NCBI GenBank assembly: GCA_964016885.1
Contig: OZ024743.1
Location: 234,236,001-234,300,000 of the forward strand
Source: Eledone cirrhosa
Lineage: Eukaryota
Length of the DNA stretch: 64,000 bases
Direction of reading: 5' to 3'
In this document: in pieces, positions 51,401 through 64,000 of the stretch
Layout of the letters: each line of letters starts with the position of its first letter
How positions within the stretch are numbered: position 1 is the first letter of the stretch
Made by a program: the position numbers and the translations under genes
The notes under the pieces: generated by a model
Told to the model about the DNA's origin: nothing
Seen by the model: the letters and a program-made list of their open reading frames with translations, nothing else
The model's database searches: none

Positions 51401-54400
51401 AAACCGTGTTAAACGTCAGCAAAGTCCGCCGGCGAATGGTGTGCTTCGAAGAAAACGAATCCAAAAATGACGATTTGCCGGCGGAGTTACCTTTTCAATC
51501 GCGGGCCGGCCGCCCGTGGTCGGATCGATCTGTAATTACTGGTACATGTGCAGACACTCATTGGCTATGGGTGGCGTGAATTTCAGCAAGATATCTCCGT
51601 AAAATCAATAGTTGTGGCTGTGGAACCAAACCGTGTTAAACGTCAACAAAGTCCGCCGGCGAATGGTGTGCTTCGAAGAAAACGAATCCAAAAATGACGA
51701 TTTGCCGGCGGAGTTACCTTTTCAATCGCGGGCCGGCCGCCCGTGGTCGGATCGATCTGTAATTACTGGTACCTGTGCAGACACTCATTGGCTATGGGTG
51801 GCGTGAATTTCAGCAAGATATCTCCGTAAAATCAATAGTTGTGGCTGTGGAACCAAACCGTGTTAAACGTCAACAAAGTCCGCCGGCGAATGGTGTGCTT
51901 CGAAGAAAACGAATCCAAAAATGACGATTTGCCGGCGGAGTTACCTTTTCAATCGCGGGCCGGCCGCCCGTGGTCGGATCGATCTGTAATTACTGGTACA
52001 TGTGCAGACACTCATTGGCTATGTGTGGCGTGAATTTCAGCAAGATATCTCCGTAAAATCAATAGTTGTGGCTGTGGAACCAAACCGTGTTAAACGTCAG
52101 CAAAGTCCGCCGGCAAATGGTGTGCTTCGAAGAAAACGAATCCAAAAATGACGATTTGCCGGCGGAGTTACCTTTTCAATCGCGGGCCGGCCGCCCGTGG
52201 TCGGATCGATCTGTAATTACTGGTACATGTGCAGACACTCATTGGCTATGTGTGGCGTGAATTTCAGCAAGATATCTCCGTAAAATCAATAGTTGTGGCT
52301 GTGGAACCAAACCGTGTTAAACGTCAGCAAAGTCCGCCGGCGAATGGTGTGCTTCGAAGAAAACGAATCCAAAAATGACGATTTGCCGGCGGAGTTACCT
52401 TTTCAATCGCGGCCCGGCCGCCCGTGGTCGGATCGATCTGTAATTACTGGTACATGTGCAGACACTCATTGGCTATGTGTGGCGTGAATTTCAGCAAGAT
52501 ATCTCCGTAAAATCAATAGTTGTGGCTGTGGAACCAAACCGTGTTAAACGTCAACAAAGTCCGCCGGCGAATGGTGTGCTTCGAAGAAAACGAATCCAAA
52601 AATGACGATTTGCCGGCGGAGTTACCTTTTCAATCGCGGGCCGGCCGCCCGTGGTCGGATCGATCTGTAATTACTGGTACCTGTGCAGACACTCATTGGC
52701 TATGGGTGGCGTGAATTTCAGCAAGATATCTCCGTAAAATCAATAGTTGTGGCTGTGGAACCAAACCGTGTTAAACGTCAACAAAGTCCGCCGGCGAATG
52801 GTGTGCTTCGAAGAAAACGAATCCAAAAATGACGATTTGCCGGCGGAGTTACCTTTTCAATCGCGGGCCGGCCGCCCGTGGTCGGATCGATCTGTAATTA
52901 CTGGTACATGTGCAGACACTCATTGGCTATGTGTGGCGTGAATTTCAGCAAGATATCTCCGTAAAATCAATAGTTGTGGCTGTGGAACCAAACCGTGTTA
53001 AACGTCAGCAAAGTCCGCCGGCAAATGGTGTGCTTCGAAGAAAACGAATCCAAAAATGACGATTTGCCGGCGGAGTTACCTTTTCAATCGCGGGCCGGCC
53101 GCCCGTGGTCGGATCGATCTGTAATTACTGGTACATGTGCAGACACTCATTGGCTATGTGTGGCGTGAATTTCAGCAAGATATCTCCGTAAAATCAATAG
53201 TTGTGGCTGTGGAACCAAACCGTGTTAAACGTCAGCAAAGTCCGCCGGCGAATGGTGTGCTTCGAAGAAAACGAATCCAAAAATGACGATTTGCCGGCGG
53301 AGTTACCTTTTCAATCGCGGCCCGGCCGCCCGTGGTCGGATCGATCTGTAATTACTGGTACATGTGCAGACACTCATTGGCTATGTGTGGCGTGAATTTC
53401 AGCAAGATATCTCCGTAAAATCAATAGTTGTGGCTGTGGAACCAAACCGTGTTAAACGTCAGCAAAGTCCGCCGGCAAATGGTGTGCTTCGAAGAAAACG
53501 AATCCAAAAATGACGATTTGCCGGCGGAGTTACCTTTTCAATCGCGGGCCGGCCGCCCGTGGTCGGATCGATCTGTAATTACTGGTACATGTGCAGACAC
53601 TCATTGGCTATGTGTGGCGTGAATTTCAGCAAGATATCTCCGTAAAATCAATAGTTGTGGCTGTGGAACCAAACCGTGTTAAACGTCAGCAAAGTCCGCC
53701 GGCGAATGGTGTGCTTCGAAGAAAACGAATCCAAAAATGACGATTTGCCGGCGGAGTTACCTTTTCAATCGCGGCCCGGCCGCCCGTGGTCGGATCGATC
53801 TGTAATTACTGGTACATGTGCAGACACTCATTGGCTATGTGTGGCGTGAATTTCAGCAAGATATCTCCGTAAAATCAATAGTTGTGGCTGTGGAACCAAA
53901 CCGTGTTAAACGTCAACAAAGTCCGCCGGCGAATGGTGTGCTTCGAAGAAAACGAATCCAAAAATGACGATTTGCCGGCGGAGTTACCTTTTCAATCGCG
54001 GGCCGGCCGCCCGTGGTCGGATCGATCTGTAATTACTGGTACATGTGCAGACACTCATTGGCTATGTGTGGCGTGAATTTCAGCAAGATATCTCCGTAAA
54101 ATCAATAGTTGTGGTTGTGGAACCAAACCGTGTTAAACGTCAGCAAAGTCCGCCGGCGAATGGTGTGCTTCGAAGAAAACGAATCCAAAAATGACGATTT
54201 GCCGGCGGAGTTACCTTTTCAATCGCGGGCCGGCCGCCCGTGGTCGGATCGATCTGTAATTACTGGTACATGTGCAGACACTCATTGGCTATGGGTGGCG
54301 TGAATTTCAGCAAGATATCTCCGTAAAATCAATAGTTGTGGCTGTGGAACCAAACCGTGTTAAACGTCAACAAAGTCCGCCGGCGAATGGTGTGCTTCGA

Positions 54401-57400
54401 AGAAAACGAATCCAAAAATGACGATTTGCCGGCGGAGTTACCTTTTCAATCGCGGGCCGGCCGCCCGTGGTCGGATCGATCTGTAATTACTGGTACATAT
54501 GCAGACACTCATTGGCTATGTGTGGCGTGAATTTCAGCAAGATATCTCCGTAAAATCAATAGTTGTGGCTGTGGAACCAAACCGTGTTAAACGTCAGCAA
54601 AGTCCGCCGGCAAATGGTGTGCTTCGAAGAAAACGAATCCAAAAATGACGATTTGCCGGCGGAGTTACCTTTTCAATCGCGGGCCGGCCGCCCGTGGTCG
54701 GATCGATCTGTAATTACTGGTACATGTGCAGACACTCATTGGCTATGTGTGGCGTGAATTTCAGCAAGATATCTCCGTAAAATCAATAGTTGTGGCTGTG
54801 GAACCAAACCGTGTTAAACGTCAGCAAAGTCCGCCGGCGAATGGTGTGCTTCGAAGAAAACGAATCCAAAAATGACGATTTGCCGGCGGAGTTACCTTTT
54901 CAATCGCGGGCCGGCCGCCCGTGGTCGGATCGATCTGTAATTACTGGTAGATGTGCAGACACTCATTGGCTATGGGTGGCGTGAATTTCAGCAAGATATC
55001 TCCGTAAAATCAATAGTTGTGGCTGTGGAACCAAACCGTGTTAAACGTCAGCAAAGTCCGCCGGCGAATGGTGTGCTTCGAAGAAAACGAATCCAAAAAT
55101 GACGATTTGCCGGCGGAGTTACCTTTTCAATCGCGGGCCGGCCGCCCGTGGTCGGATCGATCTGTAATTACTGGTACATGTGCAGACACTCATTGGCTAT
55201 GGGTGGCGTGAATTTCAGCAAGATATCTCCGTAAAATCAATAGTTGTGGCTGTGGAACCAAACCGTGTTAAACGTCAGCAAAGTCCGCCGGCGAATGGTG
55301 TGCTTCGAAGAAAACGAATCCAAAAATGACGATTTGCCGGCGGAGTTACCTTTTCAATCGCGGGCCGGCCGCCCGTGGTCGGATCGATCTGTAATTACTG
55401 GTACATGTGCAGACACTCATTGGCTATGGGTGGCGTGAATTTCAGCAAGATATCTCCGTAAAATCAATAGTTGTGGCTGTGGAACCAAACCGTGTTAAAC
55501 GTCAGCAAAGTCCGCCGGCGAATGGTGTGCTTCGAAGAAAACGAATCCAAAAATGACGATTTGCCGGCGGAGTTACCTTTTCAATCGCGGGCCGGCCGCC
55601 CGTGGTCGGATCGATCTGTAATTACTGGTACATGTGCAGACACTCATTGGCTATGGGTGGCGTGAATTTCAGCAAGATATCTCCGTAAAATCAATAGTTG
55701 TGGCTGTGGAACCAAACCGTGTTAAACGTCAACAAAGTCCGCCGGCGAATGGTGTGCTTCGAAGAAAACGAATCCAAAAATGACGATTTGCCGGCGGAGT
55801 TACCTTTTCAATCGCGGGCCGGCCGCCCGTGGTCGGATCGATCTGTAATTACTGGTACATGTGCAGACACTCATTGGCTATGTGTGGCGTGAATTTCAGC
55901 AAGATATCTCCGTAAAATCAATAGTTGTGGCTGTGGAACCAAACCGTGTTAAACGTCAGCAAAGTCCGCCGGCAAATGGTGTGCTTCGAAGAAAACGAAT
56001 CCAAAAATGACGATTTGCCGGCGGAGTTACCTTTTCAATCGCGGGCCGGCCGCCCGTGGTCGGATCGATCTGTAATTACTGGTACATGTGCAGACACTCA
56101 TTGGCTATGTGTGGCGTGAATTTCAGCAAGATATCTCCGTAAAATCAATAGTTGTGGCTGTGGAACCAAACCGTGTTAAACGTCAGCAAAGTCCGCCGGC
56201 GAATGGTGTGCTTCGAAGAAAACGAATCCAAAAATGACGATTTGCCGGCGGAGTTACCTTTTCAACCGCGGCCCGGCCGCCCGTGGTCGGATCGATCTGT
56301 AATTACTGGTACATGTGCAGACACTCATTGGCTATGTGTGGCGTGAATTTCAGCAAGATATCTCCGTAAAATCAATAGTTGTGGCTGTGGAACCAAACCG
56401 TGTTAAACGTCAACAAAGTCCGCCGGCGAATGGTGTGCTTCGAAGAAAACGAATCCAAAAATGACGATTTGCCGGCGGAGTTACCTTTTCAATCGCGGGC
56501 CGGCCGCCCGTGGTCGGATCGATCTGTAATTACTGGTACATGTGCAGACACTCATTGGCTATGTGTGGCGTGAATTTCAGCAAGATATCTCCGTAAAATC
56601 AATAGTTGTGGCTGTGGAACCAAACCGTGTTAAACGTCAGCAAAGTCCGCCGGCAAATGGTGTGCTTCGAAGAAAACGAATCCAAAAATGACGATTTGCC
56701 GGCGGAGTTACCTTTTCAATCGCGGGCCGGCCGCCCGTGGTCGGATCGATCTGTAATTACTGGTACATGTGCAGACACTCATTGGCTATGTGTGGCGTGA
56801 ATTTCAGCAAGATATCTCCGTAAAATCAATAGTTGTGGCTGTGGAACCAAACCGTGTTAAACGTCAGCAAAGTCCGCCGGCGAATGGTGTGCTTCGAAGA
56901 AAACGAATCCAAAAATGACGATTTGCCGGCGGAGTTACCTTTTCAATCGCGGCCCGGCCGCCCGTGGTCGGATCGATCTGTAATTACTGGTACATGTGCA
57001 GACACTCATTGGCTATGTGTGGCGTGAATTTCAGCAAGATATCTCCGTAAAATCAATAGTTGTGGCTGTGGAACCAAACCGTGTTAAACGTCAACAAAGT
57101 CCGCCGGCGAATGGTGTGCTTCGAAGAAAACGAATCCAAAAATGACGATTTGCCGGCGGAGTTACCTTTTCAATCGCGGGCCGGCCGCCCGTGGTCGGAT
57201 CGATCTGTAATTACTGGTACATGTGCAGACACTCATTGGCTATGGGTGGCGTGAATTTCAGCAAGATATCTCCGTAAAATCAATAGTTGTGGCTGTGGAA
57301 CCAAACCGTGTTAAACGTCAACAAAGTCCGCCGGCGAATGGTGTGCTTCGAAGAAAACGAATCCAAAAATGACGATTTGCCGGCGGAGTTACCTTTTCAA

Positions 57401-58194
57401 TCGCGGGCCGGCCGCCCGTGGTCGGATCGATCTGTAATTACTGGTACATGTGCAGACACTCATTGGCTATGTGTGGCGTGAATTTCAGCAAGATATCTCC
57501 GTAAAATCAATAGTTGTGGCTGTGGAACCAAACCGTGTTAAACGTCAGCAAAGTCCGCCGGCAAATGGTGTGCTTCGAAGAAAACGAATCCAAAAATGAC
57601 GATTTGCCGGCGGAGTTACCTTTTCAATCGCGGGCCGGCCGCCCGTGGTCGGATCGATCTGTAATTACTGGTACATGTGCAGACACTCATTGGCTATGTG
57701 TGGCGTGAATTTCAGCAAGATATCTCCGTAAAATCAATAGTTGTGGCTGTGGAACCAAACCGTGTTAAACGTCAGCAAAGTCCGCCGGCGAATGGTGTGC
57801 TTCGAAGAAAACGAATCCAAAAATGACGATTTGCCGGCGGAGTTACCTTTTCAATCGCGGGCCGGCCGCCCGTGGTCGGATCGATCTGTAATTACTGGTA
57901 CATGTGCAGACACTCATTGGCTATGGGTGGCGTGAATTTCAGCAAGATATCTCCGTAAAATCAATAGTTGTGGCTGTGGAACCAAACCGTGTTAAACGTC
58001 AGCAAAGTCCGCCGGCGAATGGTGTGCTTCGAAGAAAACGAATCCAAAAATGACGATTTGCCGGCGGAGTTACCTTTTCAATCGCGGGCCGGCCGCCCGT
58101 GGTCGGATCGATCTGTAATTACTGGTACATGTGCAGACACTCATTGGCTATGGGTGGCGTGAATTTCAGCAAGATATCTCCGTAAAATCAATAG

Positions 58195-61100
58195 TTGTGG
58201 CTGTGGAACCAAACCGTGTTAAACGTCAGCAAAGTCCGCCGGCGAATGGTGTGCTTCGAAGAAAACGAATCCAAAAATGACGATTTGCCGGCGGAGTTAC
58301 CTTTTCAATCGCGGGCCGGCCGCCCGTGGTCGGATCGATCTGTAATTACTGGTACATGTGCAGACACTCATTGGCTATGGGTGGCGTGAATTTCAGCAAG
58401 ATATCTCCGTAAAATCAATAGTTGTGGCTGTGGAACCAAACCGTGTTAAACGTCAACAAAGTCCGCCGGCGAATGGTGTGCTTCGAAGAAAACGAATCCA
58501 AAAATGACGATTTGCCGGCGGAGTTACCTTTTCAATCGCGGGCCGGCCGCCCGTGGTCGGATCAATCTGTAATTACTGGTACATGTGCAGACACTCATTG
58601 GCTATGTGTGGCGTGAATTTCAGCAAGATATCTCCGTAAAATCAATAGTTGTGGCTGTGGAACCAAACCGTGTTAAACGTCAGCAAAGTCCGCCGGCAAA
58701 TGGTGTGCTTCGAAGAAAACGAATCCAAAAATGACGATTTGCCGGCGGAGTTACCTTTTCAATCGCGGGCCGGCCGCCCGTGGTCGGATCGATCTGTAAT
58801 TACTGGTACATGTGCAGACACTCATTGGCTATGTGTGGCGTGAATTTCAGCAAGATATCTCCGTAAAATCAATAGTTGTGGCTGTGGAACCAAACCGTGT
58901 TAAACGTCAGCAAAGTCCGCCGGCGAATGGTGTGCTTCGAAGAAAACGAATCCAAAAATGACGATTTGCCGGCGGAGTTACCTTTTCAATCGCGGCCCGG
59001 CCGCCCGTGGTCGGATCGATCTGTAATTACTGGTACATGTGCAGACACTCATTGGCTATGTGTGGCGTGAATTTCAGCAAGATATCTCCGTAAAATCAAT
59101 AGTTGTGGCTGTGGAACCAAACCGTGTTAAACGTCAACAAAGTCCGCCGGCGAATGGTGTGCTTCGAAGAAAACGAATCCAAAAATGACGATTTGCCGGC
59201 GGAGTTACCTTTTCAATCGCGGGCCGGCCGCCCGTGGTCGGATCGATCTGTAATTACTGGTACATGTGCAGACACTCATTGGCTATGTGTGGCGTGAATT
59301 TCAGCAAGATATCTCCGTAAAATCAATAGTTGTGGTTGTGGAACCAAACCGTGTTAAACGTCAGCAAAGTCCGCCGGCGAATGGTGTGCTTCGAAGAAAA
59401 CGAATCCAAAAATGACGATTTGCCGGCGGAGTTACCTTTTCAATCGCGGGCCGGCCGCCCGTGGTCGGATCGATCTGTAATTACTGGTACATGTGCAGAC
59501 ACTCATTGGCTATGGGTGGCGTGAATTTCAGCAAGATATCTCCGTAAAATCAATAGTTGTGGCTGTGGAACCAAACCGTGTTAAACGTCAACAAAGTCCG
59601 CCGGCGAATGGTGTGCTTCGAAGAAAACGAATCCAAAAATGACGATTTGCCGGCGGAGTTACCTTTTCAATCGCGGGCCGGCCGCCCGTGGTCGGATCGA
59701 TCTGTAATTACTGGTACATGTGCAGACACTCATTGGCTATGTGTGGCGTGAATTTCAGCAAGATATCTCCGTAAAATCAATAGTTGTGGCTGTGGAACCA
59801 AACCGTGTTAAACGTCAGCAAAGTCCGCCGGCGAATGGTGTGCTTCGAAGAAAACGAATCCAAAAATGACGATTTGCCGGCGGAGTTAGCTTTTCAATCG
59901 CGGGCCGGCCGCCCGTGGTCGGATCGATCTGTAATTACTGGTAGATGTGCAGACACTCATTGGCTATGGGTGGCGTGAATTTCAGCAAGATATCTCCGTA
60001 AAATCAATAGTTGTGGCTGTGGAACCAAACCGTGTTAAACGTCAGCAAAGTCCGCCGGCGAATGGTGTGCTTCGAAGAAAACGAATCCAAAAATGACGAT
60101 TTGCCGGCGGAGTTACCTTTTCAATCGCGGGCCGGCCGCCCGTGGTCGGATCGATCTGTAATTACTGGTACATGTGCAGACACTCATTGGCTATGGGTGG
60201 CGTGAATTTCAGCAAGATATCTCCGTAAAATCAATAGTTGTGGCTGTGGAACCAAACCGTGTTAAACGTCAACAAAGTCCGCCGGCGAATGGTGTGCTTC
60301 GAAGAAAACGAATCCAAAAATGACGATTTGCCGGCGGAGTTACCTTTTCAATCGCGGGCCGGCCGCCCGTGGTCGGATCGATCTGTAATTACTGGTACAT
60401 GTGCAGACACTCATTGGCTATGTGTGGCGTGAATTTCAGCAAGATATCTCCGTAAAATCAATAGTTGTGGTTGTGGAACCAAACCGTGTTAAACGTCAGC
60501 AAAGTCCGCCGGCGAATGGTGTGCTTCGAAGAAAACGAATCCAAAAATGACGATTTGCCGGCGGAGTTACCTTTTCAATCGCGGGCCGGCCGCCCGTGGT
60601 CGGATCGATCTGTAATTACTGGTACATGTGCAGACACTCATTGGCTATGGGTGGCGTGAATTTCAGCAAGATATCTCCGTAAAATCAATAGTTGTGGCTG
60701 TGGAACCAAACCGTGTTAAACGTCAACAAAGTCCGCCGGCGAATGGTGTGCTTCGAAGAAAACGAATCCAAAAATGACGATTTGCCGGCGGAGTTACCTT
60801 TTCAATCGCGGGCCGGCCGCCCGTGGTCGGATCGATCTGTAATTACTGGTACATGTGCAGACACTCATTGGCTATGTGTGGCGTGAATTTCAGCAAGATA
60901 TCTCCGTAAAATCAATAGTTGTGGCTGTGGAACCAAACCGTGTTAAACGTCAGCAAAGTCCGCCGGCAAATGGTGTGCTTCGAAGAAAACGAATCCAAAA
61001 ATGACGATTTGCCGGCGGAGTTACCTTTTCAATCGCGGGCCGGCCGCCCGTGGTCGGATCGATCTGTAATTACTGGTACATGTGCAGACACTCATTGGCT

Positions 61101-64000
61101 ATGTGTGGCGTGAATTTCAGCAAGATATCTCCGTAAAATCAATAGTTGTGGCTGTGGAACCAAACCGTGTTAAACGTCAGCAAAGTCCGCCGGCGAATGG
61201 TGTGCTTCGAAGAAAACGAATCCAAAAATGACGATTTGCCGGCGGAGTTACCTTTTCAATCGCGGGCCGGCCGCCCGTGGTCGGATCGATCTGTAATTAC
61301 TGGTACATGTGCAGACACTCATTGGCTATGGGTGGCGTGAATTTCAGCAAGATATCTCCGTAAAATCAATAGTTGTGGCTGTGGAACCAAACCGTGTTAA
61401 ACGTCAACAAAGTCCGCCGGCGAATGGTGTGCTTCGAAGAAAACGAATCCAAAAATGACGATTTGCCGGCGGAGTTACCTTTTCAATCGCGGGCCGGCCG
61501 CCCGTGGTCGGATCAATCTGTAATTACTGGTACATGTGCAGACACTCATTGGCTATGTGTGGCGTGAATTTCAGCAAGATATCTCCGTAAAATCAATAGT
61601 TGTGGCTGTGGAACCAAACCGTGTTAAACGTCAGCAAAGTCCGCCGGCAAATGGTGTGCTTCGAAGAAAACGAATCCAAAAATGACGATTTGCCGGCGGA
61701 GTTACCTTTTCAATCGCGGGCCGGCCGCCCGTGGTCGGATCGATCTGTAATTACTGGTACATGTGCAGACACTCATTGGCTATGTGTGGCGTGAATTTCA
61801 GCAAGATATCTCCGTAAAATCAATAGTTGTGGCTGTGGAACCAAACCGTGTTAAACGTCAGCAAAGTCCGCCGGCGAATGGTGTGCTTCGAAGAAAACGA
61901 ATCCAAAAATGACGATTTGCCGGCGGAGTTACCTTTTCAATCGCGGCCCGGCCGCCCGTGGTCGGATCGATCTGTAATTACTGGTACATGTGCAGACACT
62001 CATTGGCTATGTGTGGCGTGAATTTCAGCAAGATATCTCCGTAAAATCAATAGTTGTGGCTGTGGAACCAAACCGTGTTAAACGTCAACAAAGTCCGCCG
62101 GCGAATGGTGTGCTTCGAAGAAAACGAATCCAAAAATGACGATTTGCCGGCGGAGTTACCTTTTCAATCGCGGGCCGGCCGCCCGTGGTCGGATCGATCT
62201 GTAATTACTGGTACATGTGCAGACACTCATTGGCTATGTGTGGCGTGAATTTCAGCAAGATATCTCCGTAAAATCAATAGTTGTGGTTGTGGAACCAAAC
62301 CGTGTTAAACGTCAGCAAAGTCCGCCGGCGAATGGTGTGCTTCGAAGAAAACGAATCCAAAAATGACGATTTGCCGGCGGAGTTACCTTTTCAATCGCGG
62401 GCCGGCCGCCCGTGGTCGGATCGATCTGTAATTACTGGTACATGTGCAGACACTCATTGGCTATGGGTGGCGTGAATTTCAGCAAGATATCTCCGTAAAA
62501 TCAATAGTTGTGGCTGTGGAACCAAACCGTGTTAAACGTCAACAAAGTCCGCCGGCGAATGGTGTGCTTCGAAGAAAACGAATCCAAAAATGACGATTTG
62601 CCGGCGGAGTTACCTTTTCAATCGCGGGCCGGCCGCCCGTGGTCGGATCGATCTGTAATTACTGGTACATGTGCAGACACTCATTGGCTATGTGTGGCGT
62701 GAATTTCAGCAAGATATCTCCGTAAAATCAATAGTTGTGGCTGTGGAACCAAACCGTGTTAAACGTCAGCAAAGTCCGCCGGCGAATGGTGTGCTTCGAA
62801 GAAAACGAATCCAAAAATGACGATTTGCCGGCGGAGTTAGCTTTTCAATCGCGGGCCGGCCGCCCGTGGTCGGATCGATCTGTAATTACTGGTAGATGTG
62901 CAGACACTCATTGGCTATGGGTGGCGTGAATTTCAGCAAGATATCTCCGTAAAATCAATAGTTGTGGCTGTGGAACCAAACCGTGTTAAACGTCAGCAAA
63001 GTCCGACGGCGAATGGTGTGCTTCGAAGAAAACGAATCCAAAAATGACGATTTGCCGGCGGAGTTACCTTTTCAATCGCGGGCCGGCCGCCCGTGGTCGG
63101 ATCGATCTGTAATTACTGGTACATGTGCAGACACTCATTGGCTATGGGTGGCGTGAATTTCAGCAAGATATCTCCGTAAAATCAATAGTTGTGGCTGTGG
63201 AACCAAACCGTGTTAAACGTCAACAAAGTCCGCCGGCGAATGGTGTGCTTCGAAGAAAACGAATCCAAAAATGACGATTTGCCGGCGGAGTTACCTTTTC
63301 AATCGCGGGCCGGCCGCCCGTGGTCGGATCGATCTGTAATTACTGGTACATGTGCAGACACTCATTGGCTATGTGTGGCGTGAATTTCAGCAAGATATCT
63401 CCGTAAAATCAATAGTTGTGGTTGTGGAACCAAACCGTGTTAAACGTCAGCAAAGTCCGCCGGCGAATGGTGTGCTTCGAAGAAAACGAATCCAAAAATG
63501 ACGATTTGCCGGCGGAGTTACCTTTTCAATCGCGGGCCGGCCGCCCGTGGTCGGATCGATCTGTAATTACTGGTACATGTGCAGACACTCATTGGCTATG
63601 GGTGGCGTGAATTTCAGCAAGATATCTCCGTAAAATCAATAGTTGTGGCTGTGGAACCAAACCGTGTTAAACGTCAACAAAGTCCGCCGGCGAATGGTGT
63701 GCTTCGAAGAAAACGAATCCAAAAATGACGATTTGCCGGCGGAGTTACCTTTTCAATCGCGGGCCGGCCGCCCGTGGTCGGATCGATCTGTAATTACTGG
63801 TACATGTGCAGACACTCATTGGCTATGTGTGGCGTGAATTTCAGCAAGATATCTCCGTAAAATCAATAGTTGTGGCTGTGGAACCAAACCGTGTTAAACG
63901 TCAGCAAAGTCCGCCGGCAAATGGTGTGCTTCGAAGAAAACGAATCCAAAAATGACGATTTGCCGGCGGAGTTACCTTTTCAATCGCGGGCCGGCCGCCC
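58195..64000. repeat. Tandem duplication of a 13-monomer block (2951 bp)
   Basis: Private variants GATCAATC (monomers 58422 and 61373) and GTTAGCTT (59784 and 62735) recur 2951 bp apart with identical intervening order. Confidence 0.92.

Larger units (their letters stand above)
1..64000. repeat. Satellite DNA array of 227-bp monomers, about 282 head-to-tail copies, extending beyond both window edges
   Basis: ORF starts recur exactly every 227 bp (77, 304, 531 ... 63643), except for six 228-bp monomers at 30041, 40938, 42528, 43664, 45027 and 47071. Monomers differ from each other by only a few substitutions. Confidence 0.99.
32993..64000. repeat. Right sub-array with a distinct variant repertoire (Q, GTGGTTGTGG, Y and 228-bp variants)
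   Basis: 21 of 22 Q monomers and all GTGGTTGTGG monomers that I saw lie here. AGAT monomers drop to 10. Confidence 0.85.

Noticed and set aside
14636-63006. Singleton SNPs at 14636, 39476, 54499, 56266 and 63006
   Set aside because: These single occurrences cannot be distinguished from consensus errors and are useful only as mapping anchors.
77-63837. About 280 copies of a 64-aa ORF (MWLWNQTVLNV...) as a tandem gene array
   Set aside because: It has a TTG start with no ribosome-binding site, no recognisable domain and only 32 bp between copies. Most variants are non-synonymous and frameshifted copies have amplified. A 195-bp open frame in one of six frames at 50% GC is unremarkable.
1-64000. 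CRISPR array
   Set aside because: There are no unique spacers, the whole 227 bp repeats, and there are no cas genes.
1-64000. Rolling-circle or sequencing concatemer artefact, or synthetic polylinker (many restriction sites)
   Set aside because: Shared variants are organised in nested, position-dependent blocks, as expected from evolutionary turnover rather than random error on one template. Local mis-ordering in the assembly cannot be excluded.
1-64000. Monomer variant order as an information-bearing code or diversity-generating cassette system
   Set aside because: The pattern is explained by duplication, unequal exchange and conversion. No recombinase, reverse transcriptase or expression locus is present in the window.

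Overview
The whole 64 kb window is one uninterrupted head-to-tail tandem array of a 227-bp monomer (about 282 copies, about 50% GC, all in one orientation). I saw no unique sequence, transposon insertion or inversion. It looks like a very homogeneous eukaryotic satellite, possibly (peri)centromeric; the organism cannot be identified from the sequence. The repeated 64-aa ORF (TTG start) is a by-product of the repeat and is not called as a gene. Monomers differ at about 20 sites, and these variants form nested higher-order repeats (3-, 6-, 9-, 12- and 13-mers). They also define two haplotype domains that switch near 33 kb, plus long-range duplicated blocks. Each monomer contains a 13-bp inverted repeat enclosing a CENP-B-box-like TTCG-N7-CGAA motif, and five 8-bp palindromes. 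On the minus strand it carries an ordered CCAAT box, 5' splice donor and Sm-site-like motif, which raises the speculative possibility of an SL-RNA/snRNA-like transcription unit. Monomer letter codes are named from the ORF-track residues: A=S/ACCT/W, B=N/ACAT/C, C=S/AGAT/W, P=GGCCC variant, L=TTCTA variant, Q=GGCAAAT variant.
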